Counted from the first letter of the stretch, positions 9,989 to 20,975 are shown. The stretch: DNA of 64,000 nucleotides from Deltaproteobacteria bacterium (GCA_029881655.1 JAOUME010000001.1:2351-66350), one strand, 5' to 3'. Program-made: numbers and translations. The notes: generated from the letters alone by a model not told the origin.

Positions 9989-11668
9989 TTATCCGTGATA
10001 TCGGTTCAATGCGGAGACAACCGCTTTTGCCGAAGCGATAGCGATATGGGAGTCTTCCCCCGCGCCGAAAACAGCTTTGTTTTCTTCCAGCCCAATCCCG
10101 ATAAAAGCAACCGCCTTGGAGTCCGAACCTTCCTCAAGCGTGTGTTCTTCATAATGTATGAGTCGAAAATCAGCCAGACCGCTTTGGCTTAACCCTTTGA
10201 CGAAAGCGTCAATCGGACCGCTACCGGAAGACTGGATCTTTTGTCGCTTCCCTTTAACCCTTAAGGTCGCTCTGACTTGTACCTTGGGAGACTCGCCCCC
10301 TGTGTTTTCTTCAGTATACTCCCTGAAATCCAGCAATTCAAAAGGCTCTCTGCTTAAAAGATATTCCTTTTTGAAGCATTGGTAAATCTCTTCTGGTGCG
10401 ACTTCGCGCTTAACTGAATCCAGGTATCTTTGAAAAACCTCACCGAATTCGGGGCGCATACCTCTTGGAAGCCTTAAGCCGAAATCCCTTTCCAGCACAA
10501 AAGCGAAACCGCCTTTGCCTGATTGGGAATTGATCCGAATGACCTTTTCGTACTTCCGACCGATATCTCCCGGATCCAATGGCAAATAAGGCACTTCCCA
10601 AAGACCTGCCCCTTTTTCTTTCATCTCAGCCAATCCCTTGCTGATCGCATCCTGATGAGAACCGGAAAAAGCCGTAAAAACCAACTCTCCCGCATAAGGA
10701 TGTCGGGGATGCACTTTCATTTCGGTGGTATCTTCATAGATCTTGATCAATCGGTTTATATCATTAATTTTAAGATCCGGATCGATCCCTTGGGTTAAAA
10801 GATTCATGGCCATCGTAATAATGTCGACATTACCAGTTCTCTCTCCGTTTCCAAAAAGGGTTCCCTCGACCCGCTCGGCACCAGCCATCAACGCCAATTC
10901 AGCCGCCGCGACGGCAGTACCTCGGTCATTATGTGGATGGATACTGATGATAGCCTGATCCTTATTATTTAAGTGGCTTATAAACCACTCGATCTGATCG
11001 GCGTAGACATTAGGAGTCGACATTTCCACTGTTGCAGGCAGATTCAAAATCACTTTTTCCTGAGGTTTTGGGTCCCAGGCCTTAATAACCGACTCGCAAA
11101 TCTCAAGCGCGAAAGGCATTTCGGTACCCGTAAAGCTCTCGGGGCTGTATTGCAAAATAACTTCGGTTTCAGGGTTATTTCCTGACAACTCTTTGATATC
11201 TAAGACCCCTTTAACTGCAAGTTCTATCACTTCCTTTTTGCTTTTATTGAATACAACTTGTCTTTGAAGGGTCGATGTTGAATTATAAAGATGAAAGATA
11301 ACCCTTCTGGCGCCGGAAAAAGACGAAAAGCTTTTTTCGATCAAAGATCTTCTCGCCTGACATAAAATCTGCACCGTCACATCATCGGGAATTAAATTTT
11401 GGTCGATCAACTGCCTTAAAAATTCATTTTCCATCAGGGAGGCCGAGGGAAATCCCACCTCGATTTCATTAAATCCCAACTCCACAAGCACTTCAAACAT
11501 CGCTTTTTTTTTGACCACCGTCATCGGATTGACAAGTGCCTGGTTCCCGTCTCTTAAATCCACGCTGCACCAGATGGGTGTCTTTTCAATTAACTTTGAA
11601 GGCCATACCCGTTTTTTGATTTTCATTGGGGGGTAAGCTTTGTATTTATTTATGATTGGAACATTCAT
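9989..11668 (-). CDS. leuA: 2-isopropylmalate synthase (yeast/Mycobacterium type)
   Basis: WCSVDLRDGNQAL, HPHNDRG, GNGERTGN, FSGSHQDAI, RINSQSGKGG. Confidence 0.96.
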   Translation of the reverse strand: MNVPIINKYKAYPPMKIKKRVWPSKLIEKTPIWCSVDLRDGNQALVNPMTVVKKKAMFEVLVELGFNEIEVGFPSASLMENEFLRQLIDQNLIPDDVTVQILCQARRSLIEKSFSSFSGARRVIFHLYNSTSTLQRQVVFNKSKKEVIELAVKGVLDIKELSGNNPETEVILQYSPESFTGTEMPFALEICESVIKAWDPKPQEKVILNLPATVEMSTPNVYADQIEWFISHLNNKDQAIISIHPHNDRGTAVAAAELALMAGAERVEGTLFGNGERTGNVDIITMAMNLLTQGIDPDLKINDINRLIKIYEDTTEMKVHPRHPYAGELVFTAFSGSHQDAISKGLAEMKEKGAGLWEVPYLPLDPGDIGRKYEKVIRINSQSGKGGFAFVLERDFGLRLPRGMRPEFGEVFQRYLDSVKREVAPEEIYQCFKKEYLLSREPFELLDFREYTEENTGGESPKVQVRATLRVKGKRQKIQSSGSGPIDAFVKGLSQSGLADFRLIHYEEHTLEEGSDSKAVAFIGIGLEENKAVFGAGEDSHIAIASAKAVVSALNRYHG

Positions 11669-11692
11669 TAACTCCTCCTTGGTTTTATAGAC

Positions 11693-11731
11693 AAAAAAAA
11701 GCCGTGGAATTTAATAATCCCACGGCTTTTT
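11693..11731 (-). terminator. Attenuator terminator upstream of leuA
   Basis: Minus strand AAAAAGCCGTGG-gattattaaatt-CCACGGC-T8. Confidence 0.88.
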
Positions 11732-11790
11732 AAAAAACCATACCCGCGGGACGAGCCCCGCGGCAGTTAACAAAATAACTCAGCTCAGGC

Positions 11791-11841
11791 TCAAACCTTC
11801 AATAGTAGCAGTAGCAATCCTAGAGTGTGTCTTTTAGTCAT
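11791..11841 (-). CDS. leuL: leu leader peptide MTKRHTLGLLLLLLKV (in-frame alternative start at 11877)
   Basis: Six consecutive Leu codons (TTG CTA CTG CTA CTA TTG) followed by competing hairpins and a terminator before leuA. Confidence 0.85.
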   Translation of the reverse strand: MTKRHTLGLLLLLLKV

Positions 11842-12109
11842 TGTTTTTGGTTGATAGATTTTCCGATTGATTGTCATGTTATTTATTGTAGTTTAACTAA
11901 AGCAATTGTCAATCCTAAACCAAGCCTCTAAATTCACCGTTGAAAAATTTCAGTCCGGTTTTAATTTAATTGGAACTGTCGCGATTTTGGATCGTCGTTT
12001 TTTCACGATTCAACAAACCTCTTTTCAAGGAGCATCAAAATAAGTATGGTTGAAATTTCAAGCCAACATCAAACGGCACTATTATGAATCAAAATCACTC
12101 TCAATTAAT

Positions 12110-12502
12110 ATGAATACTCCAGAAAACACCCAGGCAAACGATTTCCTAAAAAAAAATGCGCTTGACCCTGAAATAACCAAAACAGCATCAGGACTTCAGT
12201 TTAAAATCATCAAGGAAGGCACCGGCAAAACTCCAGATCAAAACAATATCGTTACGGTGCATTACATTGGAAAATTGGTCGATGGCACTGTAATCGACAG
12301 CAGTTATGACAAAGGGGCTCCCGCCACCTTCCCGGCCAACGGGGTTATCCCTGGCTGGCAGGAAGCTTTAGTAATGATGAGTGAGGGTAGCAAGTGGGAA
12401 ATTTTCATCCCACCATCTCTTGGCTACGGGGAAAGGGGTATCGGACCGATACCCCCTAACAGCACCTTGATCTTCGAAGTGGAACTCTTAGGAGTTAAAT
12501 AG
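12110..12502 (+). CDS. FKBP-type peptidyl-prolyl isomerase
   Basis: SGLQFK, VHYIGKL.DG..IDSSY, VIPGW.EAL, IPPNSTLIFEVELL. Confidence 0.93.
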   Translation: MNTPENTQANDFLKKNALDPEITKTASGLQFKIIKEGTGKTPDQNNIVTVHYIGKLVDGTVIDSSYDKGAPATFPANGVIPGWQEALVMMSEGSKWEIFIPPSLGYGERGIGPIPPNSTLIFEVELLGVK

Positions 12503-12534
12503 TTTTTCCTTATAATTGGGATAATTTTTGGCGA

Positions 12535-12765
12535 CTACCCGTCAAAAAAAGACTTCATGCAGTCATCGTCACAAAAGCAATGATTCTTTTTGTTAATGAC
12601 GGTTTTCTGGGCGACATGGGCCTTGCAATTATCGCATTGAACCAATTTGGATTCGTCAAGTTCCTTCGGCTTAAAAGCCCCAAAGAATTTAGGCCCAACC
12701 GTTTTTTTCAATAAACGGTAACATAAGTAACAGCCGATAACAATCAAAAGATAGCGCAGAATCAT
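12535..12765 (-). CDS. PP0621-like small membrane-anchored Cys-rich protein
   Basis: N-terminal TM, then LVQCxxCxxHV...FCxxxC. Confidence 0.7.
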   Translation of the reverse strand: MILRYLLIVIGCYLCYRLLKKTVGPKFFGAFKPKELDESKLVQCDNCKAHVAQKTVINKKNHCFCDDDCMKSFFDG

Positions 12766-12933
12766 GATTGAATTCCTTTATTAAATATTGTATACCTGTA
12801 GGTAGCAGAGTCGGTTATCAATGGGTCCATCTTGAGAACCGTGAAAAAAACTGGCTGATTCATCGCCTGTTAACTATAAATTATCAAAGTCCCTTTTTTT
12901 TGACAAAGATAAAATAAGGACTTGGTTTCTTTT

Positions 12934-13740
12934 ATGACCGCTTTCAAGTTCCCTCTTATCTTAAGCATCTGGTGCTTAAGCCTGACAATGCCCCTTTTCG
13001 GGCAAGACCGGATTGTTGTCGATCAATACAACGATTTTGGCGGCAAAACCTTCGAATCATCCAACCGTAAAGACGGTATCCTTGTTTTCCGGGAGTTTTA
13101 CGCATTCGATGAGAAAAAAATGAGGGAGGAAACCATCTTCACCGACGACCATACGGCCATCTTCGGCATAGATCAAATCAACTCCGAATTTATGTTTGAT
13201 GTCAAGGTGAAAAGGGAAAAGATTTTCTCCATCCGCTTTGCCAAGGTCAATCTTGTGAAGAAATCGACCGACTTTTACGATCAATCATCCCGACTCAAGC
13301 TGAAAACTAAAAATAACTTTGTCGAGCCGTATCTGGGTTACAATATCATCCACTACAAACCAAAAAGCAATCTTAAACCAGACGAAAAATTCGGACTCGT
13401 CAAAACAAAGATGGAGTGGCATTACCCTCAAAATCTGGAAGGTTTAAGCAAGTATATTGAGTTTTATAGCGAAGATGGTGAAAAGAAAGTCCGAGTCGAA
13501 AATTATTACACCCAAAAATCAATGCGAGACAACGGTATCTACAAAAGCGTCTATTATACCGAAGACAAGCGGAGAGTAAAACAGGAATGGTATTATACTC
13601 CCCAGTTCTCGGAAAAGAACAAAGGTGTTTATAAAAAAATTCAAAACCACACCTACTACAGCATGAGTCGAAAAAAAACATCGACCTATTACTATGATCA
13701 GGCAGGAAACGTAATCTTTGACCAAAGTATTAAATATTGA
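12934..13740 (+). CDS. Exported hypothetical protein with imperfect Tyr-rich repeats
   Basis: Signal peptide; long ORF; no family recognised. Confidence 0.75.
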   Translation: MTAFKFPLILSIWCLSLTMPLFGQDRIVVDQYNDFGGKTFESSNRKDGILVFREFYAFDEKKMREETIFTDDHTAIFGIDQINSEFMFDVKVKREKIFSIRFAKVNLVKKSTDFYDQSSRLKLKTKNNFVEPYLGYNIIHYKPKSNLKPDEKFGLVKTKMEWHYPQNLEGLSKYIEFYSEDGEKKVRVENYYTQKSMRDNGIYKSVYYTEDKRRVKQEWYYTPQFSEKNKGVYKKIQNHTYYSMSRKKTSTYYYDQAGNVIFDQSIKY

Positions 13741-13781
13741 TTTTTCACGTTATTTTATCAATTTAAACAGAATAAAAACCC

Positions 13782-14204
13782 ATGACCGACCCCAAAGACC
13801 ATCAGGCTCCCATTGATCTGGATTCCTTAAAGAAAATGCTATTTAGTGCTGCATTGATGAGCGCGATCGACGGAAAATTCGACCAGACGGAACGTGAGGT
13901 CTGCTTGAAATTTTTGGTAAGCAACTGGCTTACCGAGTATGGTGATGTTAAAGTTTTTTTCTCAACCGTGCTTGATGAGATCAAGACTCTTTTAAAAACC
14001 GGTCCGAAGCTTTATGAAAATATCGACCGGGTCGCGACCGAGTTAGCTTTAAAGCTGGCTCAGCCACACAAAGACGCTTTGATGAGCCTCATCGAAAACG
14101 TTATGCTGTCAGATGGTCAGGCCGTTGTCAGAGAAACCGACCTACTGAATCGCTACAGGAAAAAAATCCAGAACCCTCATTTAGTTGACCTGAAAAAGTT
14201 ATAG
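13782..14204 (+). CDS. TerB-family protein
   Basis: Duplicated motif: AIDGKFDQTER and LSDGQAVVRE. Confidence 0.7.
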   Translation: MTDPKDHQAPIDLDSLKKMLFSAALMSAIDGKFDQTEREVCLKFLVSNWLTEYGDVKVFFSTVLDEIKTLLKTGPKLYENIDRVATELALKLAQPHKDALMSLIENVMLSDGQAVVRETDLLNRYRKKIQNPHLVDLKKL

Positions 14205-14249
14205 CCGGTCAAACTGTTATCTTACGCCCTACCTTTTTATTCTTTCCAG

Positions 14250-14951
14250 TTAACGGTAATAAACCTCCACCAAACCCTTGGGATTTGTCGTAAAAATAAA
14301 AAGCACCTCACCATTAACCGCTTTTTCGTATTGTTGATAAAGCTCCGGGGCTGTAATATGGTTTTCGTTGTGATACTCGCTTTCTTTGGTTTTATCGGAA
14401 TAGGTTAAAACCGAAAAGCTTTTGACCTTTCCCTGTTCATCTCTATCAATACCGGTTACCTCTAGGCTAGATAAAACCCCGTCTCTTCTTTTGGTTTCGA
14501 CAATCAGCCCTTTTTTAATAACCTGATGATTTACTTTTCTGGTTTTAGTGGTAAAAGTCTTTTCCGCGAAAGGTTCCGAAGATAGCAAGGCGACCTTTTT
14601 TCCTTCGGGTAGCCATTTCAATTCGTAACCCACCCCTTTCCAGGTAAACTTAATGCTGTCTTCCGTGCTGGTCAGTTTAAATGGAAGCGACTGAATCTTA
14701 ATGACCGGGAAATTGCCGGTTTTATGCATCTCCTGAAACTCGATGGTGAGGTTGGTATCCTTGGATGTAATGGTCTGGATGCTTCCCGGCGTCAATATCG
14801 CTTTTTTGGGACTCTCGAAAGTGACCTTATAAGATTTCCGCTCCGAAGAACCTGCTTTTTCATCCAGGATCTGCACATTCTGATTTTTTGCGAAGCCTAC
14901 CGATCCCGCAATAAAGAAAGAAAACAAACAAATTATTAAATATCGATTCAT
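14250..14951 (-). CDS. Exported hypothetical protein
   Basis: GGAG SD before ATG 14951; signal peptide MNRYLIICLF...GFA. Confidence 0.75.
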   Translation of the reverse strand: MNRYLIICLFSFFIAGSVGFAKNQNVQILDEKAGSSERKSYKVTFESPKKAILTPGSIQTITSKDTNLTIEFQEMHKTGNFPVIKIQSLPFKLTSTEDSIKFTWKGVGYELKWLPEGKKVALLSSEPFAEKTFTTKTRKVNHQVIKKGLIVETKRRDGVLSSLEVTGIDRDEQGKVKSFSVLTYSDKTKESEYHNENHITAPELYQQYEKAVNGEVLFIFTTNPKGLVEVYYR

Positions 14952-14969
14952 TTTTACTCCCAACGTTGA

Positions 14970-17027
14970 TTAGGTGACATTCGTTTTAAGTAGCTCCATT
15001 CCCCAGTTTGATAAAATAAGTTGACTATTTTCACGACAAACTAGCTGCTGTTTTAGTTCCATTTCTTTTAGGATTCGATCAAAAGGAAGATAAGGATTTT
15101 TTTCCTTAAGCTTCTCAAGGGAGTCATGATCATTAACGGCCTTTAAAATCGATTTTTCTAAAACAGCCAAAGGATTGTTTTGATCTTTTAAACGCCGCAT
15201 CAAAAACAAAATCAGAGTTTCATGAAGTCTGCCGAGTTTTCCTAAAAGTTCCTTCTTTCCCCTAAGATAAAGTGCCGATTTATCCTCGGTTCCCGAATTG
15301 CGGATAAAAACCGCCCCCTGGATCACGTTTTCTTTTAGAATCGAATAGTATACCAACGAACTCTCCTCTGTAAACTCCACTTGTTCAAAACGAAAAGGCC
15401 TAATGAAATCCTTTTGCAGCTCGCTTTCGATCAAGGCCAAAAGTTCCTTGCGGAAAAGACTTTTTGATTCCAACTGACTTTTATTGACATAATAAACATA
15501 AGCGGTTTTTTTTATCCCACATTCAAAAGGACTTCGTAGATTTTCGAAATACACCTTGATCGGCATATGCTGAGACAATTGTTTTACGGCTACCAGAGAA
15601 TTAAGCCCCGTCTTGATCCCATTGCCCGCATACAGGGCCAGAGCCCCTCCCTTGTCAGGATCAAACCCAGCGGTTATGCAGTGACCCGATTCTTCAAACC
15701 CTATTAGAAAGCGGGTTTCTCCTTTATTTATTTTAAACTGACGACTATTGAGATGCTCCTTTAGAAGTCCAGTAAGGACAAAACCGGACTGGTCCTGGTC
15801 CCGTTCCAATTCTTTCAGCCTTTCAAACAGGACCTTATCCCGAGTTTTATTTAAATCTAAGGACGCGTAAAAAGACTCCCTTACCGCTCTTAACAAAATC
15901 CACTTATCCCCCACACCAGTTAATAGAGGTTGATAGCCCTCTAGCTGAGCTGAAATCGCCGTATTTAAATCGCTTTCGACCGTATTAACGAAAAGTGATC
16001 GATCATTTTTAAAAAAAGCCCCCTGTCTTAAAAACCGGGCCTGATGAATTCCGAGCTTATCGCCCGAGGAGACTATGATATGCTTTTGAAACGGCTGGTA
16101 GTCCAGGCGAAAGCAGCGATCTCCGTCACCATCAAAGATCAAGCATATCAACTTTATATTCCCGGAACCCACACCCGGATCGTTATCAGCCTCTTGGAAA
16201 ATTCGACGAAGGGCCTCGTAAGATTCAAAGACAGATCCCATTTTTAAAACATCCTCTCTTTTTATCACCTCCCGGCCTTCTATGTCGGCAACTCCGCAGG
16301 ATTCGTTTATATTGCCCTCCAGGTTCAACAAGACCACTTTTTTAAAGAGATCTTTTCTAAAAATCGTCTCAGCCACGGCGGCGACCGCCCCCTTGGACGC
16401 GTCGATGATTAAAATCGTATCTAAAAACCCTTCACCCTGAATCCAAGAGTTTTCATCATCAAGACTCAATTTGATAAAATAATCTCTGGCCTCTTCCTTA
16501 AAATCAAGCCGGTCACCCTGAGGTGGCTTTTGATCAAGCGGTTCCTTTCTTAAAAATAGTATTTTTTCTGTCAGCTGTTGATCTTCATATGGCAAAAACT
16601 TCAAGCCTGAAAAACCGTGAAACAGCTTGATCCCGTTTTGATCCGAAGGGTTATGCGAAGCTGTCAAAACGACTGCGCCTACCGCTTCTTTTTTTAGCAT
16701 GAACAAAGGCATCGCCGGAGTTGGGAGCATCCCAGCCACCAGAACGTTTAAGCCAGCTTTTAATATGCCGTTAATAGCCGCCCGGTTAAATTCTCCCGAC
16801 TGATCCCGTGGATCCCACCCGATGACGACACCATCTCCTATCAATGCCGCTCTCTCCTTCAAAAGAAGCAGGGCGTAACAATAAGTATAAAGCTCGAAAA
16901 ATTCTGGGGTAAGAAGCCCCTCTTTTAAATAGAATTCGACCGGGTCCAAACCGTCGGCAATCGAATTTAAGGTGACCCTGCCACGAATCCCATCGGTGCC
17001 TTGCAACCTCTTTGGAAAGGATATCAT
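14970..17027 (-). CDS. Alpha-D-phosphohexomutase (GlmM/PMM-like), unusually long
   Basis: GTDGIRG, TASHNP (phospho-Ser), FDGDGDR, GFEESGH, RNSGTE. Confidence 0.85.
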   Translation of the reverse strand: MISFPKRLQGTDGIRGRVTLNSIADGLDPVEFYLKEGLLTPEFFELYTYCYALLLLKERAALIGDGVVIGWDPRDQSGEFNRAAINGILKAGLNVLVAGMLPTPAMPLFMLKKEAVGAVVLTASHNPSDQNGIKLFHGFSGLKFLPYEDQQLTEKILFLRKEPLDQKPPQGDRLDFKEEARDYFIKLSLDDENSWIQGEGFLDTILIIDASKGAVAAVAETIFRKDLFKKVVLLNLEGNINESCGVADIEGREVIKREDVLKMGSVFESYEALRRIFQEADNDPGVGSGNIKLICLIFDGDGDRCFRLDYQPFQKHIIVSSGDKLGIHQARFLRQGAFFKNDRSLFVNTVESDLNTAISAQLEGYQPLLTGVGDKWILLRAVRESFYASLDLNKTRDKVLFERLKELERDQDQSGFVLTGLLKEHLNSRQFKINKGETRFLIGFEESGHCITAGFDPDKGGALALYAGNGIKTGLNSLVAVKQLSQHMPIKVYFENLRSPFECGIKKTAYVYYVNKSQLESKSLFRKELLALIESELQKDFIRPFRFEQVEFTEESSLVYYSILKENVIQGAVFIRNSGTEDKSALYLRGKKELLGKLGRLHETLILFLMRRLKDQNNPLAVLEKSILKAVNDHDSLEKLKEKNPYLPFDRILKEMELKQQLVCRENSQLILSNWGMELLKTNVT

Positions 17028-17280
17028 TTTACTTATTCAAATTCGGTTCGATACATGATCTTTATAAAAACACCTTTTGAATCATAGGTCTAAAATCCCG
17101 TTCCGTAAAGTAAGGGCTTATGGTTTTCTTATATTTTTTATTATTTTTCAAAACAGAGCCTAAAGTAATCATCCTTTTTCGGCTCGTACGAATCGACCCA
17201 ACTCCTTTTTCCACTTGAAAAACATCAATAAACGACCTAAGTTAATTATTTATAAAAGATCAATTATTTATTATACATCC

Positions 17281-18276
17281 ATGGCAAAAATTGCATTAAC
17301 GGGTATCAAACCCACGGGTAATCCTCATATAGGGAATCTGCTAGGCGCCATCAAGCCCGCCTTGAAAATCGCGGAAAAATATCACGCGCTATATTTCATC
17401 GCAGATTACCACGCCCTAACCTCGGTAAAAGACAAACAGGCACTTCACCAACAGATCTACGGAGTTGCGGCTACCTGGATCGCCGCAGGGTTAGACCCCG
17501 AAAAGGTCGTTTTTTACCGACAATCGGATATTCCCGAAGTATTTGAATTAAGTTGGATCTTGTCTTGTTTTACCCCTAAGGGGCTTCTAAACAGAGCCCA
17601 TTCATACAAAGCCGCGGTCGATAATAATCTCCAAAATCAAAACGACCCTGATATGGGTGTTAACATGGGTCATTACAACTATCCGATCCTGATGGCGGCC
17701 GACATCTTAATGTTTAACAGCAATGTTGTTCCTGTGGGACAAGATCAGCGGCAACACCTGGAAATGACCCGCGATATAGCTCACTGGTTCAATCAAAATT
17801 ACAAAAAAATTCTTGTCATACCAGAAGCTCTTATCCAAGATAATGTCAAAACCATTCCCGGGATCGACGGCAGAAAAATGAGCAAGAGTTATCATAATGA
17901 AATCCCGCTGTATGTCCCTTCAAAACAGCTCAAAAAAAAAGTGATGCAAATCGTCACCGACTCAAAGGAGGTCCACGAGCCTAAAGATCCCGAGAACTGC
18001 AATCTTTTTTCGATTTATAAGCTCTTTGCGGAAGAAAAGGAAATCCAGACTACCCACCAACAGTACCTGGATGGTGGTCTCGGTTACGGACAACTCAAAC
18101 AGGCTTTGTTTGAATTAATCGACACTTTCGTCAACGAAGGAAGAGAGCGTTACGATTACTATATGAACCATACCGAGTTGCTCGATCAAATCTTGCTTGA
18201 GGGTGCCTCAAAGGCTAGAAAAATAGCCACACCCCTTCTAAAAACCATCCGACAGACCATCGGAATCGAGAAATAA
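17281..18276 (+). CDS. trpS: Tryptophan--tRNA ligase
   Basis: TGIKPTG.PHIGN, YPILMAADIL, VPVGQDQ.QH, KMSKS. Confidence 0.97.
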   Translation: MAKIALTGIKPTGNPHIGNLLGAIKPALKIAEKYHALYFIADYHALTSVKDKQALHQQIYGVAATWIAAGLDPEKVVFYRQSDIPEVFELSWILSCFTPKGLLNRAHSYKAAVDNNLQNQNDPDMGVNMGHYNYPILMAADILMFNSNVVPVGQDQRQHLEMTRDIAHWFNQNYKKILVIPEALIQDNVKTIPGIDGRKMSKSYHNEIPLYVPSKQLKKKVMQIVTDSKEVHEPKDPENCNLFSIYKLFAEEKEIQTTHQQYLDGGLGYGQLKQALFELIDTFVNEGRERYDYYMNHTELLDQILLEGASKARKIATPLLKTIRQTIGIEK

Positions 18277-18291
18277 TTTCAAGGAGTTTCA

Positions 18292-18618
18292 ATGGGACTG
18301 TTACCGATAAAATCAACCAACAAAAGAGTTTACGGCGCTGAAATGATCATTGGCGGGGGAATTCTATTTGCCAGCAAATTTTTTTTAGGCGTACTGGCAC
18401 CCGCAGTACTTGGGATATATGGCCTTTACCGTTTGCTTTTCAAAAAAAGCTACCCCGATGGAATCATCAGCATTGCTCTTGGGGTTTTGCTCTATTTTGT
18501 CCTGAACACCTTTAGCATTTTGCTCTGGATTCCTTCGGTCATGGGTATCATGGCGATCATCTACGGGGCTATTTTGTTGTTTATGCCCAGAAAAGAAGAC
18601 ACCGAACCCGAGATTTAA
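18292..18618 (+). CDS. Small multi-TM membrane protein
   Basis: AAGGAG SD; hydrophobic ORF between trpS and gmhA. Confidence 0.75.
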   Translation: MGLLPIKSTNKRVYGAEMIIGGGILFASKFFLGVLAPAVLGIYGLYRLLFKKSYPDGIISIALGVLLYFVLNTFSILLWIPSVMGIMAIIYGAILLFMPRKEDTEPEI

Positions 18619-18644
18619 TCAAAATCCCGTACTCACTAAATAAT

Positions 18645-19226
18645 ATGGCAATAGAAAACGATCTGATTAAATCCGCCTTGCTGGAAGCAAAAACCCTGCT
18701 GGATGACTTTATCGTTCCCGAGAACATCGAAAAGACGGCTGTATTTGCCCGAGAGGTCTTTGAGACAATCCAAAAGGGAAACAAGGTGATCACCTGCGGA
18801 AACGGCGGCAGCATGTGCGATGCGATGCATTTCGCCGAAGAGCTGACGGGCCGCTTTAGAGCTGACAGACCGGCCTATCCCGCCATCGCCATATCCGATC
18901 CTTCGCACATCACCTGTACGGGAAATGATTACGGCTTGGAGTTTATCTTTTCCCGCTACATTGAGGCTTTGGGAAATGAGGGGGATCTGCTAATAGGAAT
19001 TTCAACTTCGGGTAACTCTCTTAACATCTATAACGCTGTCAGAGCGGCCAAGGAAAAAGGTCTTAAAACTTCAGCTCTACTTGGAAAAGGTGGCGGTACT
19101 ATAGCGCAAATCGCCGATAATTCAATCGTGGTTCCAGGACAGACCAGCGACCGGATTCAGGAAATCCATATCAAAATTATCCATTCAACCATTGAGGCGG
19201 TCGAAAGACTCCTTGCCGATAATTAA
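18645..19226 (+). CDS. gmhA: D-sedoheptulose-7-phosphate isomerase
   Basis: CGNGGS.CDAMHFAEEL, NDYG, ISTSGNS, DRIQEIH. Confidence 0.95.
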   Translation: MAIENDLIKSALLEAKTLLDDFIVPENIEKTAVFAREVFETIQKGNKVITCGNGGSMCDAMHFAEELTGRFRADRPAYPAIAISDPSHITCTGNDYGLEFIFSRYIEALGNEGDLLIGISTSGNSLNIYNAVRAAKEKGLKTSALLGKGGGTIAQIADNSIVVPGQTSDRIQEIHIKIIHSTIEAVERLLADN

Positions 19227-19287
19227 AAGAGAGACTAATTATTAATCAACAACATCCGAATAATTAACCGCTATAAAACCTTATCCT

Positions 19288-20820
19288 ATGATCGTTATTT
19301 TAGACTTCGGGTCCCAATACACCCAACTGATCGCCAGAAGAATCAGAGAATTAAACGTCTATTGTGAAATCCAAACCTATAATTTCGCACTGGAAAAACT
19401 TAAGGATATGAAACCCGAAGGTATCATCTTGTCTGGGGGACCCAGTTCGACCGTCAGCGATATGGCCATCACCATTGATCCGGCTATTTTTGAGTTTGGG
19501 GTTCCAGTCCTTGGAATCTGTTACGGTTTTCAGCTGATGGTGTCGCTTCTAGGCGGAGAAGTCCAAAACTCAGATCACTCCGAATACGGCAAAACCAATA
19601 TCGAAATCCTTTCACAGGACCCTTTTTTCGACCATATCCCGGACCTTAAAAACCACACCGTTTGGATGAGTCACGGCGACCGGGTTCAGTCTTTGCCCAA
19701 AGATTTTAAAATTCTGGCCAAAAGCGAGAACTCTCCTTTTTGCGCGATTTATGAACCAAAAAGGAAACTGTATGGTATCCAGTTTCATCCGGAGGTTTCC
19801 CATACCGATCAGGGCACTCAAATTTTAAGCAATTTCGTCTTTAAAATCTGCGAAGCGAAATCAAACTGGAATATGGCATCCTTTCTGGAGACTAAAACCG
19901 CAGAGATCAAACAGCAGGTAGGCGACCAAAAGGTCCTTTGCGCCTTAAGCGGTGGGGTGGATTCATCGGTGGTGGCAGTGCTACTACACAAGGCGATCGG
20001 CGATAACCTGATTTGCATCTTTGTCGATAACGGACTCTTAAGAAAAAATGAAGCCGAAAAAGTCGTACGAGTTTACCGGGAAAACTACCACATCAACCTG
20101 ATCCATATCCAAGCGCAAGATCTTTTTTTAGATAAACTCAAGGGCATTACCAACCCTGAGGAAAAAAGGAAAATCATCGGCTATGAATTTATCCGGCTTT
20201 TCGAAAAAGAAGCCAAAAAACTTGAGGATGTTCCATTTTTGGCACAGGGGACCCTTTATCCCGATGTGATCGAATCGGTTTCTTTTAAAGGACCATCCGC
20301 CGTCATCAAATCCCATCATAATGTCGGTGGGCTACCAGAAAACATGAAAATGGAATTAGTCGAGCCATTAAGAGAACTTTTTAAGGACGAGGTTCGCGAA
20401 CTAGGAAAAACGCTGGGGATGCCCGATGAAATCATACACCGCCACCCCTTCCCAGGACCGGGTCTTGGTGTCAGAATTTTAGGCGATATCGACCTAGAAA
20501 AAATCCAGACACTCCAAGAGGCCGATGCGATCGTCCTTGAAGAGATCAAAAAGGCGGGTTGGTATAATAAAGTCTGGCAGGCGTTCGCGGTCCTGCTGCC
20601 AGTTAAATCCGTTGGTGTTATGGGGGATAACCGAACTTACGAATGGACAGTCGCGATCCGTTGCGTCAATTCATTGGATGCCATGACTGCCGATTGGACG
20701 AGACTGCCTTATGAGCTTTTAGGGAGAATATCTAACCGGATCATTAACGAAGTAAAAAGAGTCAACCGGGTAACCTACGATATTACATCGAAGCCCCCGG
20801 GTACCATCGAATGGGAATAA
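19288..20820 (+). CDS. guaA: GMP synthase (glutamine-hydrolysing)
   Basis: [39 protein letters not shown]. Confidence 0.98.
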   Translation: MIVILDFGSQYTQLIARRIRELNVYCEIQTYNFALEKLKDMKPEGIILSGGPSSTVSDMAITIDPAIFEFGVPVLGICYGFQLMVSLLGGEVQNSDHSEYGKTNIEILSQDPFFDHIPDLKNHTVWMSHGDRVQSLPKDFKILAKSENSPFCAIYEPKRKLYGIQFHPEVSHTDQGTQILSNFVFKICEAKSNWNMASFLETKTAEIKQQVGDQKVLCALSGGVDSSVVAVLLHKAIGDNLICIFVDNGLLRKNEAEKVVRVYRENYHINLIHIQAQDLFLDKLKGITNPEEKRKIIGYEFIRLFEKEAKKLEDVPFLAQGTLYPDVIESVSFKGPSAVIKSHHNVGGLPENMKMELVEPLRELFKDEVRELGKTLGMPDEIIHRHPFPGPGLGVRILGDIDLEKIQTLQEADAIVLEEIKKAGWYNKVWQAFAVLLPVKSVGVMGDNRTYEWTVAIRCVNSLDAMTADWTRLPYELLGRISNRIINEVKRVNRVTYDITSKPPGTIEWE

Positions 20821-20975
20821 TTTTTCATCCTAAACCTGATTGATTTATCCTACAGGCTCGTGTAATAAATAATAAAAAGACTCAAACGCTTAAAACCGTG
20901 TCGTGAAAATGCTGTTTTAGTTGGCTTTTAACTTATTCAGAAAAATACCATTTGAGTATCAATTTAAATTATTTT

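Noticed and set aside
20760..20975. guaA 3' end as an integration hotspot
   Set aside because: No integrase, att duplication or foreign cargo follows; lolA is next.
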